DNA of 64,000 nt from the NCBI GenBank assembly GCA_025451115.1, contig JANWKZ010000019.1, positions 192 to 64,191 of the forward strand, read 5' to 3'. The stretch comes from Bacteroidia bacterium (GTDB lineage Bacteria; Bacteroidota; Bacteroidia; B-17B0; Aurantibacillaceae). Each line of letters opens with the position of its first letter. Position 1 is the first letter of the stretch. The position numbers were made by a program, and so were the translations under genes. Below the pieces are notes generated by a model. It was not told the DNA's origin and did not search any database. It saw nothing but the letters and a program-made list of their open reading frames with translations. Of this stretch, positions 40,807-49,729 are shown one piece after another.

Positions 40807-41703
40807 ATGAAAGAGATCACCACATGCCTGATATGCGGATCTGGTCAACAGGAGCTCTTCCTGGTTTGTAAAGACCACACCGTTTCGCAAAAGGATTTTC
40901 AGATCAAGCGCTGCAAAGACTGCGGCTTTAAGTTCACCTCTCCTCGTCCCGCCGATTCGGAGCTGGGAGCCTACTACAAGGCCGAAAGCTACGTATCGCA
41001 TAGCGACACAAAGAAGGGCCTTATAAACACTTTATACCACTGGGTGAGGTCTTATACCCTCATCAAGAAGTTACAGCTTGTAATGCACCATACGGGCCTT
41101 AAGAAAGGAAGGATACTGGACTATGGCGCCGGCACGGGCGCCTTCCTGGATACCTGCAAGAAGAACGGATGGGACGCCACAGGCATAGAACCTGATGAAA
41201 CCGCGAACAAGGTTATGGCAGAAAAGTTCAGCATCTCTTCGTACCCTAATCTGGGGGCTGCTAAGGCCACAAGTGCTCTACATGATTTTGATGTTATAAC
41301 CGCCTGGCATGTGTTAGAGCACGTTCCTGATCTGAAAGAAACTATTCAAACCCTAAAGGAATCCCTGAAAGAAAAAGCTAAACTAATCGTAGCTGTCCCT
41401 AATCCTACTTCGCATGACGCCGCTGTTTATAAGTCGAACTGGGCGGCCTATGATGTGCCGCGTCACCTTTGGCACTTCGCCCCTGCCGACATGGAGAGGC
41501 TGATGAAGGACTCCGGCTTCAAGCTCATTAAAACCCTTCCAATGATCTTTGATTCGTTCTACGTCTCTATGCTTAGTGAGCAATACAAGACGGGGCGTAA
41601 GGGGCTTTTAAAGGCTTTCTGGGTGGGGCTCAGATCGAACCTGAAGGCCAACAAGACCGGCAAAGAATTCTCGAGTCAGATCTACGTATTCCAAAAAGAA
41701 TAA
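40807..41703 (+). CDS. Class I SAM-dependent methyltransferase with an N-terminal CxxC zinc ribbon
   Basis: CLIC..CKDC, LDYGAGTG, WHVLEH, YDVPRHLWHF. Confidence 0.9.
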   Translation: MKEITTCLICGSGQQELFLVCKDHTVSQKDFQIKRCKDCGFKFTSPRPADSELGAYYKAESYVSHSDTKKGLINTLYHWVRSYTLIKKLQLVMHHTGLKKGRILDYGAGTGAFLDTCKKNGWDATGIEPDETANKVMAEKFSISSYPNLGAAKATSALHDFDVITAWHVLEHVPDLKETIQTLKESLKEKAKLIVAVPNPTSHDAAVYKSNWAAYDVPRHLWHFAPADMERLMKDSGFKLIKTLPMIFDSFYVSMLSEQYKTGRKGLLKAFWVGLRSNLKANKTGKEFSSQIYVFQKE

Positions 41704-41708
41704 GGAAT

Positions 41709-41724
41709 GGTTCCACGTGGAACC
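41709..41724. promoter_or_regulatory. parS site 2
   Basis: Perfect palindrome GGTTCCACGTGGAACC. Confidence 0.85.
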
Positions 41725-41729
41725 TGATG

Positions 41730-41758
41730 AGCCCCGCCCTAACCCGGCGGGGCTTTTT
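41730..41758 (+). terminator. Rho-independent terminator
   Basis: AGCCCCGCC...GGCGGGGCT-TTTT. Confidence 0.8.
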
Positions 41759-41848
41759 GTTTGTGCCGCTCCCCCTGGCCGACGGGAACTTGTATTCCTT
41801 CGGGCGATGTGCGGCCCCAACCTGTGTGCTTCTATTTAGACAGCTGGC

Positions 41849-41935
41849 GATCCCGAAACAAGTTCGGGATGACCGTGCATGATAAATACTCCTACGTCAT
41901 GCTGTCCTGATAGCCATCGGGAATTTTTCAGCATC
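41849..41935. repeat. Inverted pair of GTCA-tagged palindromes (REPIN-like), with a nested hairpin in the second unit
   Basis: GATCCCGAAACAAGTTCGGGATGAC (41849-41873) and GTCATGCTG-[TCCTGATAGCCATCGGGA]-ATTTTTCAGCATC (41896-41935). Confidence 0.7.
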
Positions 41936-41983
41936 GCACCATGCCAAAGCCTATACAGCCCAGGCCATGAAAGTAGGCTAGGG

Positions 41984-41999
41984 TGTTCCACGTGGAACG
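41984..41999. promoter_or_regulatory. parS site 3
   Basis: TGTTCCACGTGGAACG. Confidence 0.85.
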
Positions 42000-42008
42000 T
42001 TAGGAAGA

Positions 42009-42971
42009 TTATTGGAAATCGAAACGGATGCGGTAGGCCAGGCCCACGTTAAAGAAGAAGGCATCTTTTAGGCCCGAGTAAACTCCGGGCGACGGAACCT
42101 TGTCTTTGGTTCCAGAGAAATAAAGCGTGGGGCTATACCCTATCGTGCGGCCAAACTCGCCAAACAAAACAAACTTCTTTTTGATGTAGAGATCTACAAA
42201 AGCCTTTACCTGCATCTCGTTGTGGCGAACATAATAGTGCGCAGTGTCGAGCGGACTTTCCGAATAAATGTGGTAGGACCTGGTGTATGATTTAAAGCCC
42301 AATCCAGCATAAAGGAACTTGTCTACGCATGCGTACTCCAGGCGGAAGTTATTAGGCAGGGTGCCGTAGATCTGCAGGCGCGGCGAGATCACCCAATCAA
42401 CCCCAAACACCGGGATGAAAAAGTTGCCGAAGAACTCGCGGTTATAGAACAAACCAAACTTAACTTTGAAATGATTGTTCTTAACCCAGGTGGCCATTCC
42501 GTAGCCGCCCATCTGAAATTCTTTATCTGAAACCGGGTTGAACTGCCCGCTTATTTTGGGCATGGCCAGCGCCAGAAATTTCCACTTGTGGCTTTTTGTT
42601 TCGTGTTGGAAACCGATAGGAAGAAGGGCCGACTTTACAACGCCCTCGCTGGTATTGGAATACCAGGAAGGATCGTACTCGGTTACCTGCGACGTGAGCT
42701 GCTCGCCATAAAAACGAACGATCACCGTGTTAAAGGAATCCAGCTTTATGGGAACCGTAAGGTTGAGGTAAATATTATCCGTGCGGTTCTTTTTGAGAAC
42801 GCTGTCGTTCTGGTAGGTGGTTTTCAAGGATTGAAAACTGGTGTTGATGATGTCTACGAAGGGTTGGGCTTTTACGGCAGAGAAGGAGAGAAGTGTTCCG
42901 AAAAAAAATGTACAGGCAGCTCGACTACGCTCGCTGTGACAGGTTATTTTTCGAAGATAAGAAGAGCCCAT
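42009..42971 (-). CDS. Outer-membrane beta-barrel protein (DUF6268-like)
   Basis: Signal peptide ending VKA-Q, amphipathic strands, C-terminal GLAYRIRF. Confidence 0.7.
   Translation of the reverse strand: MGSSYLRKITCHSERSRAACTFFFGTLLSFSAVKAQPFVDIINTSFQSLKTTYQNDSVLKKNRTDNIYLNLTVPIKLDSFNTVIVRFYGEQLTSQVTEYDPSWYSNTSEGVVKSALLPIGFQHETKSHKWKFLALAMPKISGQFNPVSDKEFQMGGYGMATWVKNNHFKVKFGLFYNREFFGNFFIPVFGVDWVISPRLQIYGTLPNNFRLEYACVDKFLYAGLGFKSYTRSYHIYSESPLDTAHYYVRHNEMQVKAFVDLYIKKKFVLFGEFGRTIGYSPTLYFSGTKDKVPSPGVYSGLKDAFFFNVGLAYRIRFDFQ
42917..42941 (-). repeat. GTCA-tagged REP-like hairpin inside the CDS
   Basis: - strand reads TGTCA-CAGC-GAGCGTAGTCGA-GCTG, encoding CHSERSRA. Confidence 0.75.
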
Positions 42972-43783
42972 TCGTTGCGTGTTTCTTTGCCGGTATTTTT
43001 TAAGCCGGTCTTTTCTGCCGCCGAAATTAACTCTTTACAATCACTTTCAAAGAATCCGCTGATCAATAATTTGCCGCCGGCATTTAAATGTGCGTAATAT
43101 TTATTGATCTCCTTGGTTAAAATGTTCTTGTTGATATTGGCCAACATGATATCGAAGGTGTCCTTCTGAATACTATTGATGGTGCCCTGGTAAAAATCTA
43201 TGTCTTCTTTCTGCATGCCATTGGCCTTGCGATTCTCGCGCGAGTTCTCAATACTCCACTCATCAATATCAATTCCTATAACATATTGAGAATCAAGCTT
43301 TTTGCTTATTATTGCCAATACGCCCGTTCCGCAGCCAATATCCAGTACAGATTTGTTCTTAACGCCGATCCTAAACAGCTCACGACTCATGAGCCAGGTT
43401 GTTTGGTGATGACCCGTACCGAATGACATCTTTGGTTCAATGATAACATCCATCACGGGTGGGGTGGGAGCGGGGTGAAAAGAAGCTCGGATGCAGCATA
43501 AATTCTCTACCACAACCGGGGCAAAACTCTTTTCCCATTCTTTGTTCCAGTTCTGTTTTTTGATCTCTTCCTGCGAGTAAGAAAAATTAATATCGGGGAA
43601 TTGCTCTTTTAAATTCTCTATTACTTCATCATTGAATTCGTTCTTCTTTACATAGGCGTTAAAGCCCGAACGGCTAAACTCAAAACTCTCGAAATTCTCT
43701 TCAGACAAGGCGGCGGCAAGGATCTCGCTGCCCGGCTCGGGCGGCTCTACCTTAAATGTAAAACACAAATAATCCATTGCCAT
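42944..43783 (-). CDS. prmA: Ribosomal protein L11 methyltransferase
   Basis: I.PKMSFGTGHH.TT, LDIGCGTGVL, LANIN. Confidence 0.95.
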   Translation of the reverse strand: MAMDYLCFTFKVEPPEPGSEILAAALSEENFESFEFSRSGFNAYVKKNEFNDEVIENLKEQFPDINFSYSQEEIKKQNWNKEWEKSFAPVVVENLCCIRASFHPAPTPPVMDVIIEPKMSFGTGHHQTTWLMSRELFRIGVKNKSVLDIGCGTGVLAIISKKLDSQYVIGIDIDEWSIENSRENRKANGMQKEDIDFYQGTINSIQKDTFDIMLANINKNILTKEINKYYAHLNAGGKLLISGFFESDCKELISAAEKTGLKNTGKETRNEWALLIFEK

Positions 43784-43788
43784 AATTT

Positions 43789-44547
43789 TTAAAACGAATT
43801 AATGATCATCAAAAATTCGTCCGCTTTTAAAGAGGCTCCTCCTATCAATCCACCATCAACATCCGGGCACGAAAAAAGTTCTTTCGCATTACCGGCGTTG
43901 CAGCTTCCGCCATAAAGTATCGAAGTATTAGCAGCCATTTCCGGGCCAAATTTTTCAGCCACGGCCAGCCGCATAAAAGCATGCATTTCCTGGGCCTGGT
44001 CGGGCGTGGCGGTCTCACCGGTGCCAATGGCCCAAACAGGCTCGTAGGCCAGCACCACTCTCTTCATATCATCGGGCTTCAGGTAAAAAATAACATCTTC
44101 TATCTGCTTTTTCACGGCATGAAAATATCCGTTGGTCTTACGCTCGTTTATCTTTTCGCCCACACAGTAAATGGGCGACAAATTATTTTTGAGGGCCACA
44201 TCAATTTTCTGACGTAGCTCTTCAGATGATTCACTAAAGTAAATTCTACGCTCAGAGTGCCCCGTTAAAACGTATTGCGCCCCGCAGCTGGCTACGCCCG
44301 CCGCGCTCACCTCACCGGTATAAGCTCCGGCCGGCAGGTGGTGACAATTTTGCGCGCCCACATGAAAATTGGCTTTCCCGTTTACCAGTCCCGAGATCTT
44401 TTCAATGAAAAGAGAAGGAGGAAAAAATATCTTGGTCACTTCATTCCCTTCGGGGCAGCCGGAAATAATGCTCTTTACCAGGGCCTCGGCCTCAGGCAAG
44501 GTCTTGTTCATTTTCCAGTTTCCGGCAACGATCTTTTTGCGTGACAT
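43789..44547 (-). CDS. tpiA: Triosephosphate isomerase
   Basis: AGNWKMN, GHSERR, AYEPVWAIGTG, GGLIGGASL. Confidence 0.98.
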   Translation of the reverse strand: MSRKKIVAGNWKMNKTLPEAEALVKSIISGCPEGNEVTKIFFPPSLFIEKISGLVNGKANFHVGAQNCHHLPAGAYTGEVSAAGVASCGAQYVLTGHSERRIYFSESSEELRQKIDVALKNNLSPIYCVGEKINERKTNGYFHAVKKQIEDVIFYLKPDDMKRVVLAYEPVWAIGTGETATPDQAQEMHAFMRLAVAEKFGPEMAANTSILYGGSCNAGNAKELFSCPDVDGGLIGGASLKADEFLMIINSF

Positions 44548-44593
44548 ATAGTCTCAAAAATAGTGATTTTAGGCGGGGTGACGAAATGTTTTT

Positions 44594-44732
44594 GGGCGTT
44601 ACCCCGCGGGAAAAGACGGCTTTACCGAAAAATCTTACGCGGGGCCAGGCTGCAAAGGGGTGCCGTTTTTTGGCTTGCCAAATACAGGGGCAAGCCAAAA
44701 GAACCCCTTCGGGCCCTTTGCATCCTTAACGC
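44594..44732 (+). ncRNA. Multi-stem structured element, Flavo-1-like RNA or repeat
   Basis: Nested stems GCGTTA/TAACGC, CCCCGCG/CGCGGGG, TGCAAAGGG/CCCTTTGCA, TTTTGGCTTGCC/GGCAAGCCAAAA. Confidence 0.55.
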
Positions 44733-44755
44733 TGGTTTATTAATGAAAGAGCGAA

Positions 44756-45277
44756 CTAACGCCTGCGTTTTTTGGCCGACGTAGGCGGATTATAAGTGGT
44801 GAGTTTAATTTCTGTTTTTTCAGCTATATCCCGAACGACAGTAAATGCCTGGTCTTTGTTTTTTGTTTCAAAAAGCAAAACCTTTTGCCTATGATCCACC
44901 GAGAGAAAGCAGACCCTGTATAAGTAATCGTGATAAACAGAATTAATGATCATTCTTTGGGCCTGGCTGCCAGATTCATGACGCATGTAGATCTCTAAAA
45001 CAGTTATAAAAGGAAACTCATTATAGCTTTTCCAATCACCAAAGGGAATTCCCAAAAAAGAAAAGTAATTCAGGAATCTTTTTCTTTCATAATCGATCCT
45101 TGATCCTTTAAATGAAAAGGAAAGTATAAAACCGATTATAAAGAATATGGGTCCGATAATGAGACCTGCCGGATTTTCATCAATGACGGCGAAAAAGCCA
45201 AGCACAAGAAAGATGGCTCCAACAATCAGGGCTCCCAGGGGGAAATAAGGCTTGAACGATAATTTAACTGCAGACAT
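44756..45277 (-). CDS. Hypothetical membrane protein (2 TM)
   Basis: Two N-terminal hydrophobic helices; AT-rich. Confidence 0.7.
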   Translation of the reverse strand: MSAVKLSFKPYFPLGALIVGAIFLVLGFFAVIDENPAGLIIGPIFFIIGFILSFSFKGSRIDYERKRFLNYFSFLGIPFGDWKSYNEFPFITVLEIYMRHESGSQAQRMIINSVYHDYLYRVCFLSVDHRQKVLLFETKNKDQAFTVVRDIAEKTEIKLTTYNPPTSAKKRRR

Positions 45278-45290
45278 GAAAAGGGAGAAA

Positions 45291-46370
45291 TTATTTCACG
45301 CGTATACGCGGGTCTAAAATTCCGTAAATGACATCCACGAAGATGTTTATGACGACGAAGAAAGTTGCAAAAATTAAAGTAGCGCCCATTACAACCGGAA
45401 GATCGTTTTTAGTTAGCGCTTCGAATACTTCATAGCCAATGCCCTTCCAGCTGAAGATGATCTCTACGAAAACAGCGCCCGCCATCAGTCCGGCAAACCA
45501 ACCTGAAACCGCAGTAACAACAGGGTTCAGTGCATTTTTTAAAGCGTGCTTTACGATAACAGCATAATACGTTAAGCCTTTTGCGCGGGCGGTGCGTATG
45601 TAGTCTTGCGACAAAACATCGAGTAAAGAACTTCGGGTTAACTGTACGATAATGGCCAACGGGCGCATACCTAAGGTGAGTGTGGGGAGAATTAAATTTT
45701 TAAGATCCAGTGTTTCGCCCGCCCATACATCTATCGTGTACAGGCTCCCTACGGGCGAGAGTCCCGTGTAGTCTGTAAGGATGTAACCAAAGAGCCAGGC
45801 AATGATAACGCCAAAGAAGAACGAGGGCGCCGACATGCCCAGAGCCGACAAGACCAGCGCGAGCCGGTCGAAGAACGTATCCTTTTTAATGGCTGCAATT
45901 ACGCCGAGAAAGACGCCGAGAATTGTTGCCACGATGATCGAACTTATTGCAAGCACCGCCGTTTCGGGCAGCGTTTCTGTTATGATCTCTGAGACTTTTC
46001 GCTTGGTTATGTACGATCTTCGAAAATACGGCGCTTTGGCAATTACGGTTGTGTGCTCGCCAAGATTTAGTACTTCAGTGTAAGAAGTGTATTTTTCTTT
46101 GTCGAGATAAAATGCGCTCTTACGATCTTCGGTATTGTGGAACGAAATGAAAGAAAGATCGTTCAGATACATGAAGTATTGTGTAACAAGCGGCTTATCG
46201 CGACCTAGGTCACGGTTGATGGCTTCAACAGCTTCTTTGTTTGCACGCTGACCCAGAAGGACCGTAGCAGGATCGCCCGGAAGTACATTGAACAAAAAGA
46301 AAATAGAAGTGATAACGCCCAGCAGAACCAGGAAACCATAGGCTATTTTCTTTAAAATGAACTTTATCAC
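45291..46370 (-). CDS. OppB/DppB-type ABC transporter permease
   Basis: PGDPA, DYIRTARAKGL EAA loop, LDPRIR. Confidence 0.92.
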   Translation of the reverse strand: MIKFILKKIAYGFLVLLGVITSIFFLFNVLPGDPATVLLGQRANKEAVEAINRDLGRDKPLVTQYFMYLNDLSFISFHNTEDRKSAFYLDKEKYTSYTEVLNLGEHTTVIAKAPYFRRSYITKRKVSEIITETLPETAVLAISSIIVATILGVFLGVIAAIKKDTFFDRLALVLSALGMSAPSFFFGVIIAWLFGYILTDYTGLSPVGSLYTIDVWAGETLDLKNLILPTLTLGMRPLAIIVQLTRSSLLDVLSQDYIRTARAKGLTYYAVIVKHALKNALNPVVTAVSGWFAGLMAGAVFVEIIFSWKGIGYEVFEALTKNDLPVVMGATLIFATFFVVINIFVDVIYGILDPRIRVK

Positions 46371-46503
46371 AGGCTTCGAAAGGGGATCAAATTACGCAAA
46401 ATTTCCGAATGACAGTAGGCCAATTAGCTGTTTTAACGGTTTTAAACCCCGGGTATATTTATTTGCCGGATAAAGTTGGGAAAAGAGGGTGTTAAATTTT
46501 CAA

Positions 46504-47685
46504 TTATTCGCCGTAGGCTTTTGCCATCAGGCTATCGTCGGCGCTCACTTTTTTGTCGAGCACATCAAATAATTTCCAGGTTTGGTAGGCGGTTTTATCA
46601 AGACGGTTGCTTAGCACAACGATTGTTGTCTTATCGCTTTTGCGGTAGTGGAACGCGGTGCGGAAACCGTGCCACCAGCCGTTATGAAAAACAATGGTGT
46701 CGCCCATATTGGGGTTGATACGAAAACCATAACCGTAATATTGTCCATACTTGGTGGGCACTTTGGGTTTGGTGGCCGTGTTGACGTTGGAAATAATTTT
46801 CCCTTCAAACAAAGCTTTCGAAAACCGAAGCATATCACCGGTGGTAGAAAAAATTCCTTTGTCGCCATACACTGCGTCGAAATCATCGGTGCCCACTTGT
46901 TTTTTTCTTTGCGTGAAAGCGAAGGTTTGATGTGGCACTGTATCGAGCGGATGGAAAAAAGAAGTGTGCGTCATTCCCGCTTTATCAAAAACCTCCTGTT
47001 TCATGAATGCAGTGAACGGCTGTCCCGACAATTGCTCAACCAATAGTGCCAGTAAAACATAATTGGTGTTGCTGTATTGGAAACGGCGCCCCGGTTTAAA
47101 ATAGGGGAGGGGTTTTTTATCGCAAAGCAATTCTAACACGCGCTGGTTTGTAAGGGGAATTGAATCTGATCTGTATTGATAGTAGAAATACAAATAATTT
47201 GGTAAGCCACTTTTGTGCGTAAGCAAATGCTCAATGGTTGTATTGCAATAGGGAAATCCCGGAAAATATTTATCTACCGGATCTTTTACGTTCAGCTTTC
47301 CCTGCTCCACTAATTTCATCACCGCCACGCCCGTAAACATTTTACTTACGGATGCTAATTGAAAAACCGACTCGTTGCACAGTTGCTGTTTGGTAGAAAT
47401 ATTTTCGCAACCAAAAGAATTCTGATAGATCAGCGTATCATGATAAGACACCGCCACGCAGCCATTGAAACACCCTAACTGGTTTTGCTTGGAAAAAAGC
47501 GAATCGAGCACATGTTGTTTTTCCCTTAACTCAGGCCGGAATTTCACAACAGGCACCTCATTCTTTGCCGCATTCAATACAGGCATAGCGCTTAAACGGC
47601 CCTTGGTGCCCGCCGAAGCCGCAATATGCACCAGGCCATAGGCCGCTGCCGCCAGAACCGGTATGATTATAAAGAATTTACGCAT
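46504..47685 (-). CDS. Serine hydrolase, beta-lactamase class C / PBP family
   Basis: F.LASVSK, LL.H.SGL, YSNTNY, HNG. Confidence 0.9.
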   Translation of the reverse strand: MRKFFIIIPVLAAAAYGLVHIAASAGTKGRLSAMPVLNAAKNEVPVVKFRPELREKQHVLDSLFSKQNQLGCFNGCVAVSYHDTLIYQNSFGCENISTKQQLCNESVFQLASVSKMFTGVAVMKLVEQGKLNVKDPVDKYFPGFPYCNTTIEHLLTHKSGLPNYLYFYYQYRSDSIPLTNQRVLELLCDKKPLPYFKPGRRFQYSNTNYVLLALLVEQLSGQPFTAFMKQEVFDKAGMTHTSFFHPLDTVPHQTFAFTQRKKQVGTDDFDAVYGDKGIFSTTGDMLRFSKALFEGKIISNVNTATKPKVPTKYGQYYGYGFRINPNMGDTIVFHNGWWHGFRTAFHYRKSDKTTIVVLSNRLDKTAYQTWKLFDVLDKKVSADDSLMAKAYGE

Positions 47686-47758
47686 CTAATTGGCGCACAA
47701 TATAAAGGATTTTTGACCAAATTTGTACCTCAATTCGTCGAATTATCAAGACCCCACT

Positions 47759-48118
47759 ATGGATAAAAAGCTGCCCGATATAACCACTGAACAAGAGGTA
47801 CAATTCCTTGTACGTACATTTTACGGACGGGTTCTAAAAGATGAACTGCTGGCACCGCATTTTACGCAGATAGATTTCGAACATCATTTTCCAAGAATGT
47901 TCGCTTTCTGGAATTTCATCCTGCTCGATAAAGCCGGCTACCAGGGAAACGTTTTTGATAAACACGTAAACCTCCAGATAGAAGAAAAACATTTCGATGC
48001 CTGGATAAAACACTTCACCGGCGTGCTCGACGATTTTTTTGAAGGGCCCAAAGCCAACTTAGCAAGACAAAGAGCCGAGGTTCTGAAGTTTACTTTTTTG
48101 AGTAAGATGAAAAAGTAG
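47759..48118 (+). CDS. Group III truncated haemoglobin
   Basis: LV..FY..V..D..L.P.F, H...M..FW, HF..W. Confidence 0.9.
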   Translation: MDKKLPDITTEQEVQFLVRTFYGRVLKDELLAPHFTQIDFEHHFPRMFAFWNFILLDKAGYQGNVFDKHVNLQIEEKHFDAWIKHFTGVLDDFFEGPKANLARQRAEVLKFTFLSKMKK

Positions 48119-48125
48119 ACGCGCG

Positions 48126-48314
48126 CTCTACACAACATCCCCCTCTCGTGGCTTGCTTGCGCCGCCGCGAATCTCCCCCTTCGAAGGGGGAATAGATCGG
48201 ACTATTTTTTAATTTTTGCGAATCCTATCTGAAAGAAAAAACCATTCCCCCTTCGAAGGGGGAATTTTCGGTGAGCGAAGCGAACACCGAAAATGGGGGG
48301 ATGTCGTGTGGGAG
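48126..48314. repeat. MITE/REPIN-like inverted-repeat element filling the convergent intergenic gap
   Basis: Terminal IR CAC(A/G)ACATCCCCC; palindromes TCCCCCTTCGAAGGGGGA at 48174-48191 and 48246-48263. Confidence 0.75.
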
Positions 48315-48779
48315 TTAAAATTGCGCAGGTTGGAATGCCGGAGGAACATATTGTGTTATCCAAACACTTATCCGGCCTTTTTTCAGATTGTATTCACCGT
48401 AAGCATTCGATGTGCTGTCGACGTATTTTCTTTTGAACGTCGGAAAAACGAGCTGGCCCATGGAATCATTCTTCGCGAGTATTGAAAATGGCCGAAAACA
48501 ATCTTTATAGTAAGACTCCTTTTCCAGTTCGCGTAAAAAAAGATCTCCTCTTTCCTTTAAATAAACCGTATCGTTTCGGGAAGGAAAAACGAACAGATAG
48601 TGCATAAGATGACCTTCGTTTTTTCCTTTTCGCTCTACAAACTCTGACTTGTATTTTTTAGTGGGGTATTCGAACTTATTCTTTTTCTCATTGTACTCCA
48701 AGGCAGTAAAAGAGGTGCAGGAAAATAATCCCACACAAAAGATCAATATAAACCACTCCTTAATTAATCTTAAAAACAT
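48315..48779 (-). CDS. Hypothetical lipoprotein
   Basis: Lipobox LFSC; start uncertain. Confidence 0.55.
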   Translation of the reverse strand: MFLRLIKEWFILIFCVGLFSCTSFTALEYNEKKNKFEYPTKKYKSEFVERKGKNEGHLMHYLFVFPSRNDTVYLKERGDLFLRELEKESYYKDCFRPFSILAKNDSMGQLVFPTFKRKYVDSTSNAYGEYNLKKGRISVWITQYVPPAFQPAQF

Positions 48780-49680
48780 AATCCATATTATACGTCCGCA
48801 CAAAAACCTTTTCTCCTTTGCGGATGATGTAGGACGGTCCGCTTTTCAGGGGAAGAGTTTGTACAACCGCGCCGGTGCGTTTGTCAATCGTATAAAGAAA
48901 ATCAGGCTCGGCGGTAAAACCGTAGCCACAGATGATCATGTCGCCGTACAATTCAAAATTCATGGAATTATTTACCAAAGGCTTGGTGCGCCAAATGGTT
49001 TTGTAATTTTTTAAATTGATCGCTGAGATATACGCGTTCATTCCTTTGGAGCTGGCCGCATACGTACTGTGACCATGAGCAATGTACATGATAGAATCTT
49101 CTATCGTTACCCAATTAATTCTTTGCTCAATAAAATCCAGATCGGCTTTCACGTATTCCGGACTCAAAACATAATTGCCGAAATCTAAAAAATGTAAAGC
49201 CGAATCGTTCTTTTTGTTTGTAATAAGCAAAAGAAAGCCCGAAGCAAAATCTTTTCCGTACACAAAGAAATTGTACTTGTCGGCATAGATAGCTTCTACC
49301 AGTTTATTTCCGTTGTAGGCAAGCGGGGTTTTATCCGGCACCTTTCCGGCAATTCCTCTAAATGAATTCGGAACTTCGTAAGTGGGTAGCGACAAATTAT
49401 TGTTTGCAAACCAGTCGGCATCGTCTGTAATATTATTTTTTGTGACGCTTACCTGTGTTAAGGTAAATGTTTTGCTTTTTGTATTGCTTGTGGCAATTTG
49501 TCCTTTGAAAGGAGGGCGGTCCATGCCCATGGGGTCTTTGCTTAGTTCAAGCTCCACGCCACTTTTCCAGGTGCCGTCATCGTAAACCAAAATTAACTGG
49601 CCATCTTCGGTGGTGGCTTTGCGTTGAGAAAAGGCAAGCAGTGAACAAAACAAGAAGGCTGTAAACAAACGCTGACGCAT
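48760..49680 (-). CDS. Exported protein with a short TEDG..DDGTW N-motif and PQQ-like propeller blades
   Basis: Signal peptide; AINLK....IW and TIDKRTG blades. Confidence 0.6.
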   Translation of the reverse strand: MRQRLFTAFLFCSLLAFSQRKATTEDGQLILVYDDGTWKSGVELELSKDPMGMDRPPFKGQIATSNTKSKTFTLTQVSVTKNNITDDADWFANNNLSLPTYEVPNSFRGIAGKVPDKTPLAYNGNKLVEAIYADKYNFFVYGKDFASGFLLLITNKKNDSALHFLDFGNYVLSPEYVKADLDFIEQRINWVTIEDSIMYIAHGHSTYAASSKGMNAYISAINLKNYKTIWRTKPLVNNSMNFELYGDMIICGYGFTAEPDFLYTIDKRTGAVVQTLPLKSGPSYIIRKGEKVFVRTYNMDYVFKIN

Positions 49681-49729
49681 AAGATAATTTTAGGCTAAGA
49701 TAATGAATTCTCATACGTACCTTTGCACC

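Noticed and set aside
46504-47685. Antibiotic-resistance beta-lactamase
   Set aside because: SxxK, YxN and HxG motifs are shared by many esterases and peptidases of this family, and there is no mobile context.
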